Source: Gemmatimonadaceae bacterium
GTDB lineage: Bacteria > Gemmatimonadota > Gemmatimonadetes > Gemmatimonadales > Gemmatimonadaceae
Length of the DNA: 64,000 nt
Reading direction: 5' to 3'
Assembly (NCBI GenBank): GCA_019186945.1
Contig: JABAQJ010000002.1
Span: 149,897-213,896, forward strand
Shown in pieces: positions 47,498 to 56,363 of this stretch (position 1 is the first letter of the stretch; every line of letters starts with the position of its first letter). A program made the position numbers and the translations under genes. Below the pieces are notes generated by a model. It was given only the letters and a program-made list of their open reading frames with translations. It searched no databases and was not told the origin of the DNA.

Positions 47498-50026
47498 TCA
47501 GGCGGCTGCTGCCGCCACGAGTGGGGGTCCGGGCTGGCGGTCGGACGGTGGATCGGCGACGACGACGACCGCCGTCGACCGATCCGGAAACGTGACTGAA
47601 ACGAGTGGGCCGGCATCGGCGATGGCCGCTTCCGCCACGCTCTTCTTGCGCCACCAGGCATGCCTCCCACTCGAGACATCCTGCCAGGCGGCATCCCCAC
47701 GTATCCGTATGCGGGTGGCCGACGCGACGCGCTCGGCAGCCACGGAAATCGCAAGGCGCGCCTCCGGATCCGCCGTTTCGCCAGCGAGAAGGTCGTCGAC
47801 CATCGTGCAGACGAGGCGACTGGGGATTACGCTCGTCATCGAGGGTCCGTCCACCTCGACATCGAGGGCGAGATTGGGACGGATACCGATCTGGTGCGCT
47901 TCCACGCAAGCCGTCAGAAGTTGCAGCTCCGACCGCAGCGTCGTTGTTCGGTCGCGGGCGGCGTCGAGAGTACGGCGCAACACGTCGGCCAGCCGCGCGA
48001 TCAGGCGTTCCGCACGACCGACATCCCGGTGAACCAGATGCGCAAGCAGTTCCAACGTTCCGAGCAGGAACTGCGGGCGAAGCTGTACGCAGAGCGCCCG
48101 GAACCGCGAACTGGCTATCTCCGACGTCAGGCGGGCCGCCGCGACCTCGCGCGCCCGGTACCAGGCGCTGAAATCGCGCGAGTTCATCCACGCTACCAGC
48201 ATGATGTACACGAACAGATTGCCGGTGAGCGGATTGATGTTGAACGGAACGAGAATCGGCGACTGCGACAGGTCGAGGAGATTCGTCACCTCGAGATGGC
48301 CGAACGAAAGCACCACTGCGACACCAATGTGAATCGCCAGTGGTCCAACCCAGCGATTCGGCCGGATGCGAACCGCTCGCGACAGCCACAACACCAGGGG
48401 CGTCACCGCAATCCAGTACAACGACGCAACGCTCTGGAGCTTGAGCAGGTCGATCGAGAACGGCTTCCATGCCATGCCCCGGAAGGCTGCGTATACCTGC
48501 ATCTGCACCGTCCACAACAGCGCCATCAGCAGCCACAGCATGACGACGCCGATGAGGACCCGAGGGCCGAACCGGGACGGCGGCAGCGGAACGCTGGCGA
48601 CGCTCGCGGCTCCCGACCCGGCGACCGGCCTGCTGCCGGTGCACTCGTCCGCCGCCGAATCTTCCTGTGTGCTCTTCGCTGGGAGCGACACGAACTGCCC
48701 GACACTGAACTCGCCGGTCCGCCACGAATCGACATCCAGAGGATCGGAGTCCGGCGGCATATCCGGGCGAACCGCGTCGGAACTGCCGGGCAGCCGATCG
48801 TCGACCGCTGCCTTGCGATAGGGGATGTTGATCTCGACGACAGTCCCACCACCCTCCGCTTCGCGCAGCACGAGGCTCTGGTCAGCCCCGTAGAGCTGAC
48901 GGAGTCGGTCGCCGGTATTGGGCAACCCGATGCCAGTCGGGCGGCCACCTGACGACGCCGCGACTCCCACGCCGTTGTCCTGGACTTCGAGCTGGAGCCT
49001 GTTCCGCATCCGTCGGGCCCGTATCACGATGTGCCCAGAGCCAGCGCGCACCGCAAGACCGTGACGAATCGAGTTTTCGACAAGCGGCTGCAGGATCAGG
49101 TGCGGTACGAGCGCATCGCGCGCATCTTCGTCACACTGTATTGCGACGGTCAGCCAGTCGCTGAAACGCGTGCGCTGAATGTCGATGTATGGCTGAAGCG
49201 AGGACAACTCGTCGAGGAGCGGCACTTCATCGCGACCGCCGCGCGCCAGCGAAAGCCCCAGCAGCGTGCGCAGCTTGTTCAGCATTCGTTCGGCAGCGGC
49301 CGGCGCTTCGTGGGCCAACTCCTGGATCGCATTCAGCGAATTGAACAGAAAGTGCGGTTGAAGCTGGATTTCCAGGTAGTGCAGCTGCGCACGCGCCAGC
49401 TGCGTCTCCAGCACGTGCGCACGAAGAGCACGGTCCAGGTAGCGCCGGAAACCATCGGCTGCCCGGCCAATCATGACGATCGCCAGATAGGTAAAGAGAT
49501 TCACGTCAGACCAGAAGACAACCAGCTCACCAAAGGACGACACGCTCGGGAAGGCCGTACCCCACATCCAGGCGGTGACACGCAGCCGCAACGCGGTCGT
49601 TCCGATCGCCACGAGCGCGCACGCCAGAGAATGCACGGCGAGCGATGTCCGCCAACCCACTCGCGACGGTAACGCGGCTCTCGTCAGGCGGTACACCAGC
49701 GGCGTCAGAAGCGCCCAACCCCACGCGACGACCATTGCCGCCGGAATCAGCGTCCGCCACATCGCGTAACCGTCGTTCTCCGTCGCCATCCACATCAGGG
49801 CATGGATGCATCCGAAGACGGTCCATGCGCCGGCAACCAGCGCGGTAGTTCGAACGGATCGGGACGAGAGCCGACGGACACTCACGGCAGTCTGGGCGAC
49901 GGTCTCACGCACGGCCTGCACCGCCCGCAGACCGACAACTCGCCACCCGGGTCGTCGATGCAAGATGGCACGTCCGGAAATCACACACTTCGTGACCGAT
50001 GATCGCCAGATCGCGGCTACAGCCAC
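47498..50026 (-). CDS. tandem double LytS/YehU-type sensor histidine kinase (module 1 intact; module 2 degenerate, pseudokinase-like)
   Basis: Module 1 has membrane helices, then LHYLEIQLQPHFLFNSLNAIQEL (PF06580 H-region), the N box QPLVENSIRHG, DNGVGV and GIGLPN. Module 2 (about aa 480-842) repeats the architecture but reads LCVQLRPQFLLGTLELLAHL (His replaced by Gln) and lacks the N and G boxes. It is one uninterrupted 842-aa frame. Confidence 0.75.
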   Translation of the reverse strand: MAVAAIWRSSVTKCVISGRAILHRRPGWRVVGLRAVQAVRETVAQTAVSVRRLSSRSVRTTALVAGAWTVFGCIHALMWMATENDGYAMWRTLIPAAMVVAWGWALLTPLVYRLTRAALPSRVGWRTSLAVHSLACALVAIGTTALRLRVTAWMWGTAFPSVSSFGELVVFWSDVNLFTYLAIVMIGRAADGFRRYLDRALRAHVLETQLARAQLHYLEIQLQPHFLFNSLNAIQELAHEAPAAAERMLNKLRTLLGLSLARGGRDEVPLLDELSSLQPYIDIQRTRFSDWLTVAIQCDEDARDALVPHLILQPLVENSIRHGLAVRAGSGHIVIRARRMRNRLQLEVQDNGVGVAASSGGRPTGIGLPNTGDRLRQLYGADQSLVLREAEGGGTVVEINIPYRKAAVDDRLPGSSDAVRPDMPPDSDPLDVDSWRTGEFSVGQFVSLPAKSTQEDSAADECTGSRPVAGSGAASVASVPLPPSRFGPRVLIGVVMLWLLMALLWTVQMQVYAAFRGMAWKPFSIDLLKLQSVASLYWIAVTPLVLWLSRAVRIRPNRWVGPLAIHIGVAVVLSFGHLEVTNLLDLSQSPILVPFNINPLTGNLFVYIMLVAWMNSRDFSAWYRAREVAAARLTSEIASSRFRALCVQLRPQFLLGTLELLAHLVHRDVGRAERLIARLADVLRRTLDAARDRTTTLRSELQLLTACVEAHQIGIRPNLALDVEVDGPSMTSVIPSRLVCTMVDDLLAGETADPEARLAISVAAERVASATRIRIRGDAAWQDVSSGRHAWWRKKSVAEAAIADAGPLVSVTFPDRSTAVVVVADPPSDRQPGPPLVAAAAA

Positions 50027-50408
50027 GGCACCCGCGACGGATCATCCCTCGCTTCCTGTTGCGCACGCCGCATTCTCCCGAGCCAGGCGGGAGCACCTTC
50101 GGCACATCCATATCGGTCTTCTCTCCAGCCGATCGGCCTGCTGGAAGCAATCCAGGATGTCACGAAAGCGCCAACTGCGGCGTGACGGGTCGTCCGTGGG
50201 CACCCACGAGCCGAATGCTGAGCGACCTCGGGGCCTGGTTCCGACTTCGGCGCATGCGCCACCGGCCGCCCAGCGGCGTCGATGCTCTGCAACGAGGCAG
50301 GAACCTCGGCTGGTGAAGGACGGGCAGACACCAGCCGATACTCCTTCGTGGTGGCCGGTTCAAGGACTCGCCGCCAAGCAGTTGCCCGACACGATCCGGA
50401 GATAGTAC

Positions 50409-51713
50409 ATGGCGTCTCAAGGAGTCACGCAAAGCGGACTACTGGTGGGACGGGGAGGCGATGAGGAAGGCGACAACGCGAACCAGGAACCACTGGCGGT
50501 ACTGATCGCCGAACTTACGGCGGAACTGGCGCGCGCCCGAGTGGAGCTCACGCGCGAGGTTCGCAGGCGTGAGGCCAGCCAGCGTGCGCTCGAAACCAGC
50601 GAGCGGCAGCTGCGACAGATCATCGATCTGGCGCCGACGTGCATTTCCGCCAAGGACGAGGATGGGCGCTACATCCTCGCCAACGAGGCTTTGGCGCGCC
50701 TCTACCACACAACGGTCGACAACCTGATCGGGAAGACCGATGCCGATTTCGTACCCTCGCCCGAAGAAGCCAAGCGCTTTCGCGGTGGCGACTTGATGGT
50801 GCTGGAGCGCAATGCGCCCATCGACTTCTCCGAACAGCGCGCAACGACTGGCGACGGCGAGGAGCGGATCTTTCATACGACGAAGATTCCGTTCACGACC
50901 GACGGGCTGGGCAAGCGCGCTGTGCTGGGCGTTTCAACGGACGTGACCGCCCGCGTACGTGCTGAGGAGCAGCTGCAAGCGCTCAACGAAGCATTGGAGG
51001 AGCGAGTGCGGCAGCGGACCGCGGAACTCGCGGCGGCGAATCGCGAACTGGAGGCGTTTGCTTACTCGGTTTCGCACGATCTGCGCTCGCCGCTGCGGGG
51101 GATCGACGGGTGGAGCCAGGCGTTGCTCGAAGACTACGGTACCACACTGGACGAGCGAGCGACCGGGTATCTCTCACGGGTACGCGACGAGATTCAGCGC
51201 ATGGGGCGATTGATCGATGACCTGCTGTCGATCTCGCGGTTGAGCCGGACCGCGATGGCATGGGAGCGTGTCGACATCAGCGAACTGGTTCGCTGCCACG
51301 TCGCGCGTCTGCGCGAACGCGATCCCGACCGGCGCGTTACGGTGAAGACCGCGGACGCAACGTTCGTGCGTGGAGACGCGGTGCTACTCGGCGCCGTGGT
51401 GCAGAACCTGATCGAGAACGCCTGGAAATTCACCTCGCGCACGCCTGACGCGACGATCGAGTTCGGCGCGGACGCCGCCGGCACGCTCACGACATGCTGG
51501 GTGCGCGACAATGGCGCCGGATTCGACATGGCGCATGCGGGCAAGCTATTCGCACCGTTTCAGCGGCTGCATACGAGTCGGGAGTTTCCGGGGACCGGCG
51601 TCGGTCTGGCCAGCGTACAGCGCATCATCCATCGCCATGGGGGAAAGATCTGGGCCGAGGGAGCTCCGCAGCAGGGAGCGGTCTTTCGTTTCACTCTGGA
51701 GAACTGCACGTGA
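50409..51713 (+). CDS. PAS-domain sensor histidine kinase
   Basis: A PAS segment, then the HisKA H box (FAYSVSHDLRSPLRGI) and HATPase motifs (NLIENAWKF, DNGAGF, GTGVGL). Confidence 0.8.
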   Translation: MASQGVTQSGLLVGRGGDEEGDNANQEPLAVLIAELTAELARARVELTREVRRREASQRALETSERQLRQIIDLAPTCISAKDEDGRYILANEALARLYHTTVDNLIGKTDADFVPSPEEAKRFRGGDLMVLERNAPIDFSEQRATTGDGEERIFHTTKIPFTTDGLGKRAVLGVSTDVTARVRAEEQLQALNEALEERVRQRTAELAAANRELEAFAYSVSHDLRSPLRGIDGWSQALLEDYGTTLDERATGYLSRVRDEIQRMGRLIDDLLSISRLSRTAMAWERVDISELVRCHVARLRERDPDRRVTVKTADATFVRGDAVLLGAVVQNLIENAWKFTSRTPDATIEFGADAAGTLTTCWVRDNGAGFDMAHAGKLFAPFQRLHTSREFPGTGVGLASVQRIIHRHGGKIWAEGAPQQGAVFRFTLENCT

Positions 51714-52153
51714 GGGACAAGGCCATCCTCCTCGTCGAGGACAACTCGAGCGACGTCGACCTGACACGACGCGCTCTCGAAAAGCGGCGGATCGGGAACG
51801 ACCTCGTGGTCGTGGAAGACGGTCAGGAAGCGCTCGACTACCTGTTCGCGCAGGGACCGTACGCTCACAGGGATCCGACCGATCTGCCCTCGGTCGTGCT
51901 GCTGGACATCAACCTGCCCAAGGTGGACGGGCTATCCGTCCTGCGACGCATCCGCGAGAATGCACTAACGGCGCTCCTTCCGGTGATCATGTTGACGACC
52001 TCCCAAGAGGAGCAGGATCTGCTGGCCAGCTACCGCCTGCATGCCAACAGCTACATCCGCAAGCCGGTCGACTTTCTGCAGTTCGTGGACGCCGTAGGGC
52101 AGCTCGGCATGTACTGGCTGGTCCTGAACGAATCGGCGCCAGCAGCCCGTTAG
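51710..52153 (+). CDS. single-domain CheY-like response regulator
   Basis: ILLVEDNSSDVDL...VVLLDINLP...MLTTS...K is a receiver domain. The start is proposed at the GTG overlapping the upstream stop (GTGA), since the track ORF (from 51494) carries an Arg-rich extension. Confidence 0.7.
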   Translation: MRDKAILLVEDNSSDVDLTRRALEKRRIGNDLVVVEDGQEALDYLFAQGPYAHRDPTDLPSVVLLDINLPKVDGLSVLRRIRENALTALLPVIMLTTSQEEQDLLASYRLHANSYIRKPVDFLQFVDAVGQLGMYWLVLNESAPAAR

Positions 52154-52157
52154 GCTC

Positions 52158-54305
52158 ATGGCTTCGGTGGCGTCGAATGCGGCTCCGCTCCGCGTCCTCC
52201 TGGTCGAAGATTCGGAGAGCGATGCCGCTCTCCTGATCCGGCATCTGGAGCGTGGTGGATATCGCATTGCCGTCCGGCGTGTCGAAAGCGCCGAGGAGAT
52301 GCGAACCGCACTCGACGACGCCGGGTGGGACATCGTGATCTCGGATTACAATCTGCCGGCGTTCGACGCACCACGGGCGCTGGCGACGCTGCAGGCTTCC
52401 GGCAAGGACATCCCGTTCGTGGTCGTCTCCGGCAACATGGGGGAGGAGATTGCGGTCGCCATGATGCGCGACGGCGCACACGACTACCTGCTCAAGAGCG
52501 ACCTTGCACGCCTGGGACCGGCCATCCAGCGCGAAGTTCGCGAGGCGGAAGAGCGACGACGCGCCAACGAGGAGTTGCAGCTCGCGGCATCTGTATTCCA
52601 CGGCACTCGCGAGTGCCTGGCAGTGACCGACGGTCTGCGGCGAATCATTTCGGTCAACAAGGCCTTCAGCGAGTTCACCGGCTGGACGCTGGAAGACGTG
52701 ATCCATCTGCCGCCGACGTTCATGGAACGAAGCGAAACCGCGGACGGCGACATGGACGATGCCTGGATCGTGGCCGAGACCCGCGGTCACTGGCAGGGCG
52801 AGGTGTGGTACCGTGTGCGCAGCGGCGAGCTTCGACCGCACTGGCTGTCGATTTCCGCGGTGCAGGATCCCGGGAAGCGGGTTCGGCACTTCATTTGCTC
52901 GTCCAACGACGTGTCGGCGTCGAAGACCGCGGAGCAGCAGATCCAGTACCTCGCGCACTACGACGTCGTGACCGGACTCCCGAACCGCGTGCTGTTCCAG
53001 GAGCGAATCGAGCACGCTCTGGCTGCCGCACGCCGCTACAACGACGTCCTGGCCGTGATGTTCCTGGACCTGGACCGGTTCAAGAACATCAACGATACGT
53101 TAGGCCACCCGCTGGGCGATCGGCTGCTCAAGGCGGTGGCGCAGCGTCTGGCGACCTGCACGCGCACGTCGGACACCGTCGCTCGATTGGGTGGCGATGA
53201 GTTCGTGATCGTCCTGACGCGGACGTCCGTCGAAGGAGCGGCCCAGGCGGCCGAAGTCTTCCTGCGAGCGCTGGAGGAGCCGTATCAGATGGATGCGCAC
53301 GTGCTGACGGTTTCCGCGAGTATCGGAATCAGCATCTTTCCGAACGACGGTGACGACGTCGACACGCTGGTCAAACACGCCGATACCGCCCTGTACCATG
53401 CCAAGGATCGCGGGCGGAACAGTTTCGAGTTCTTCACCGCGGATCTGAATCGACGCGCCTACGAACTCGTCCGGCTGGAATCCGCGTTGCGCACTGCGGT
53501 CGAGCGAAACGAGTTCCAGTTGGAGTACCAGCCCAGGGTCGACGTCGTCTCGGGCACCATCACGGGCGCGGAGGCGCTTCTGCGATGGTATCACCCCACG
53601 ATGGGCTGCGTGATGCCGGACCGGTTCATCTGGGTCGCCGAAGACACCGGTCAGATCGAAGCGATCGGCGAGTGGGTACTGCGCGAGACCTGCCGGCAGA
53701 ACGCGCGCTGGCAGGCGGCCGGCATGCCGAAGTTCCCGATCGCCGTCAACGTCTCCGCTCACCAGTTCCGCAACCGGAACTTCGTGGCCACCGTGCAGCG
53801 CGCCCTGTCCGCCGCCGGGCTGGATCCGCATTACCTGGAACTGGAGCTGACTGAGGGCATCGTGATGCAGGACGCGGAAACGAGCATCCGCACCATGCGC
53901 GCGCTCCACGAACTCCACGTGCCCATCGCCATCGACGACTTCGGGACGGGTCATTCCTGCTTGAGCTATCTCAAACGGCTGCCACTGACGCATCTCAAGG
54001 TCGATCGCTCCTTCATGGACGGTTGCCCGGATGACGAGAGCGACTCGGCGATCGTCAAGGCCGTCATCGGACTGGCACATACGCTGCGGCTGCGCACCAT
54101 CGCCGAAGGCGTGGAACACGACGCACAGTTGGCCTTCCTGAGAGAGTACGGCTGCGACTCGTACCAGGGATACCATTTCAGCAAGCCGTTGCCGGCGGCG
54201 GTATTCGAAGCCGTCGTTCGCGACGGTCAGGTGCCGGCGGAGTACGCCGGTAGTTCCGCCGGAATCGATGCCCCGGCGATGCCCGCTGGGGCATCGGCCG
54301 AGTGA
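52158..54305 (+). CDS. REC-PAS-GGDEF-EAL multidomain c-di-GMP turnover protein
   Basis: A receiver (RVLLVEDSESD...D), a PAS domain, GGDEF (RLGGDEFVIV) and EAL (EALLRW...DDFGTG...). Confidence 0.85.
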   Translation: MASVASNAAPLRVLLVEDSESDAALLIRHLERGGYRIAVRRVESAEEMRTALDDAGWDIVISDYNLPAFDAPRALATLQASGKDIPFVVVSGNMGEEIAVAMMRDGAHDYLLKSDLARLGPAIQREVREAEERRRANEELQLAASVFHGTRECLAVTDGLRRIISVNKAFSEFTGWTLEDVIHLPPTFMERSETADGDMDDAWIVAETRGHWQGEVWYRVRSGELRPHWLSISAVQDPGKRVRHFICSSNDVSASKTAEQQIQYLAHYDVVTGLPNRVLFQERIEHALAAARRYNDVLAVMFLDLDRFKNINDTLGHPLGDRLLKAVAQRLATCTRTSDTVARLGGDEFVIVLTRTSVEGAAQAAEVFLRALEEPYQMDAHVLTVSASIGISIFPNDGDDVDTLVKHADTALYHAKDRGRNSFEFFTADLNRRAYELVRLESALRTAVERNEFQLEYQPRVDVVSGTITGAEALLRWYHPTMGCVMPDRFIWVAEDTGQIEAIGEWVLRETCRQNARWQAAGMPKFPIAVNVSAHQFRNRNFVATVQRALSAAGLDPHYLELELTEGIVMQDAETSIRTMRALHELHVPIAIDDFGTGHSCLSYLKRLPLTHLKVDRSFMDGCPDDESDSAIVKAVIGLAHTLRLRTIAEGVEHDAQLAFLREYGCDSYQGYHFSKPLPAAVFEAVVRDGQVPAEYAGSSAGIDAPAMPAGASAE

Positions 54306-54375
54306 ATGCGCATTGGCAGCGTCAACGGTAGTCAACGGTTTTCGTTGCTGCCGGCGAGCTATCCGTCTCACGCAG

Positions 54376-54855
54376 TCAGCGGCCAATGCGTTTCATGAAT
54401 GCGGCAGCCGTTGCCGGACACGCCGACTTGAACTCGAGCGTGGCCGCCACTTCCTCTGGCACCTCCCCGCGATCGATCCGCTCGAACCCGAAACGCGGGA
54501 AGTAGTGTTCGGCCGTCATGGTGAGCAGATACAACGCTCTGAGGTCGCGTGCCTCCGCGTGGCAAACGACACGACGGACCAACTCGCGCCCTAAGCCCTG
54601 GCTGCGCCACTCCGGAAGGACCGCGACAGAGCGGAGCAGCGCCGTCCCTCCGCAAACCTCCAAGCCGGCGACGCCCACCAACGTCCGTTCGGGACCGTCG
54701 ACCTCCGCAACAAAGAAGTCATCGGCATGCCCGCGAAGTATCCCGGCGACACCCATCGTCGGCAGGCCGGACTCGGCCAGGAGTCGTTCGATCGCGGCTC
54801 GATCCGCGGGAACGGCGGGACGAATCGTTGCTGCGGTTACCTGGGTTCCGGTCAT
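54376..54855 (-). CDS. GNAT-family N-acetyltransferase (ArsN-like position in the ars operon)
   Basis: Acetyl-CoA fold motifs (VGVAGLEV...LRSVAVLPEWRSQGLGRELV). The start overlaps the arsM stop (ATGA). Confidence 0.65.
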   Translation of the reverse strand: MTGTQVTAATIRPAVPADRAAIERLLAESGLPTMGVAGILRGHADDFFVAEVDGPERTLVGVAGLEVCGGTALLRSVAVLPEWRSQGLGRELVRRVVCHAEARDLRALYLLTMTAEHYFPRFGFERIDRGEVPEEVAATLEFKSACPATAAAFMKRIGR

Positions 54856-55832
54856 GCCGAACCCTCCTCGGAGCAGCAGTCTGTGGCACACCCACAGGCG
54901 CGAGGTTCGTTTACGGGAAGCCGTGTCGGCATTCCTCCCGTGGCTCGTGCTGTCGCTGGGAGCCCGGGCTTGGTGGCACGCACAAACGCGCTCATGATCC
55001 GGCCTTCCACGTCGCTCGCCAATTCCACGTCGATGCCGGTCCCAGTCAGCAGCGCGGCGGCATCTTCCTTCGTGTAGACACGCGTGGGCTCAACCGACGG
55101 GTGCTCGAACCCGACGCTCGACAGGAGGTCGAGGAACTCCTGCTCCTCCAGGGCACCCGCAACGCATCCCGTCCAGAGCGACATACTCGACCGCACGGCG
55201 TCAGGCAGTTGGCCACGCACTACCACATCGCTCACCGCGAATCGGCCGCCGGGCTTCAAGACACGAAATGCTTCCGTCAGCACCTTCCGCTTGTCACCTG
55301 AGAGGTTGATGACGCAGTTGGAGATCACGACATCCACCGTGTTGGACGGCAGAGGGATCGCCTCGATGTGGCCCTTTAGAAACTCGACGTTGGTCGCGCC
55401 AGCTCGCATCCGGTTTTCGAGCGCGAGGGCGAGCATTTCGTCCGTCATGTCGAGACCGTAGACCTTCCCCGTCGCGCCAACGCGACGCCCCGACAGCAGG
55501 ACGTCGATACCGCCACCCGAGCCCAGATCCAGTACTGTCTCTCCTTCCCGCAGGTCCGCCAGCGCGGTCGGGTTTCCGCAGCCTAACGAAGCGACGAGCG
55601 CTTCCGCCGGGAGGCCCGCGGCCTCACCCTCGCTGTACAGGTCCGCCGTGATGGGATCCCATGCCTCGCTCGTCGACCCACAGCAGCCGCTCGACCCGCA
55701 GCACTCCGACCGCGCCTCGCCAGCAGCGACGCGGCGGGCGACCGCGCCGTACCGCTCTCGCACGTCGTTCCACAGAGACTCCGGGCCTTGCGGTCCCGCT
55801 TCGGTACCCGCGGACATAACGTCCTCCGACAA
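54852..55832 (-). CDS. arsM: arsenite S-adenosylmethionine methyltransferase ArsM
   Basis: Class I SAM-binding motif VLDLGSGGGIDV. Conserved Cys pairs are present at the N-terminus (CCGSSGCC), in the middle (ISNCVIN, WTGCVAG) and at the C-terminus (CGCATDCC), as in ArsM/AS3MT. It lies directly downstream of arsR. Confidence 0.8.
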   Translation of the reverse strand: MSEDVMSAGTEAGPQGPESLWNDVRERYGAVARRVAAGEARSECCGSSGCCGSTSEAWDPITADLYSEGEAAGLPAEALVASLGCGNPTALADLREGETVLDLGSGGGIDVLLSGRRVGATGKVYGLDMTDEMLALALENRMRAGATNVEFLKGHIEAIPLPSNTVDVVISNCVINLSGDKRKVLTEAFRVLKPGGRFAVSDVVVRGQLPDAVRSSMSLWTGCVAGALEEQEFLDLLSSVGFEHPSVEPTRVYTKEDAAALLTGTGIDVELASDVEGRIMSAFVRATKPGLPATARATGGMPTRLPVNEPRACGCATDCCSEEGSA

Positions 55833-55885
55833 TCAAGAATTGTTGATGTATCAGACAGGTTGAAACGCATCCAGGTCGCCGACCC

Positions 55886-56215
55886 CTACGTGCAACAGGA
55901 CTGGCTCGAACGAACAGTCGAGTGCCGTTGCGGCGGCGCCAGTCTGGCGATGACGTCCGCCAATTCCGCGAGCGAGTCCGTGTTAAGCGAGTAGTGCACC
56001 CACCGCCCATCCTTTCGATCGACGACCAGATTGGCGTCTTTCAGAACCTTGAGGTGGAACGAGAGGCGCGACTGGGCGGCATCGAGGTCGCCCTGCAGCT
56101 CACACACGCACCGCTCTCCGTTCCGGAGCATCTCGATCACGGCCAGACGCGTCTCGTCCGAAAGGGCGTGAAAGAGCTGGGCAACTCGTTGGAGGTCGGC
56201 GGTCTCGGTCGGCAC
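55886..56215 (-). CDS. arsR: ArsR/SmtB-family metalloregulator
   Basis: HTH ...LSDETRLAVIEMLRNGERCVCEL... contains the As(III)-binding CVC motif. GTG start. Confidence 0.85.
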   Translation of the reverse strand: MPTETADLQRVAQLFHALSDETRLAVIEMLRNGERCVCELQGDLDAAQSRLSFHLKVLKDANLVVDRKDGRWVHYSLNTDSLAELADVIARLAPPQRHSTVRSSQSCCT

Positions 56216-56226
56216 GAAATGATTAT

Positions 56227-56249
56227 ATCAACATTCGTTGATTAATCAA
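56227..56249. promoter_or_regulatory. AT-rich overlapping palindromes (ATCAACATTCGTTGAT and TTGATTAATCAA) immediately upstream of arsR; candidate ArsR operator
   Basis: The only AT-rich patch in the neighbourhood, 12-34 nt upstream of the arsR GTG. It contains a perfect 12-bp palindrome. Confidence 0.35.
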
Positions 56250-56363
56250 GTCGCCGCCTCATGGCCTTTGCGCTACGAAATTCGATCCCCTTCAACAGGA
56301 CTCAGGGCATGTCAGCGAGGCGCCGCAAAGGTGCCATGTCAGGATTGCCGCCATCGCTGCGGC

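Noticed and set aside
47472-48725. Upstream 418-aa extension of the LytTR regulator ORF (track ORF 46629..48725)
   Set aside because: The extension is Arg/Gly-rich and overlaps the kinase gene on the same strand in another frame. The genuine start is the ATG at 47471 preceded by GGAGGAG.
54306-54375. Possible terminator GGCAGC...GCTGCC after the GGDEF-EAL gene
   Set aside because: It has only a 6-bp stem with a 26-nt loop and contains a direct repeat (GTCAACGG x2) rather than an inverted one. It is not a convincing hairpin.
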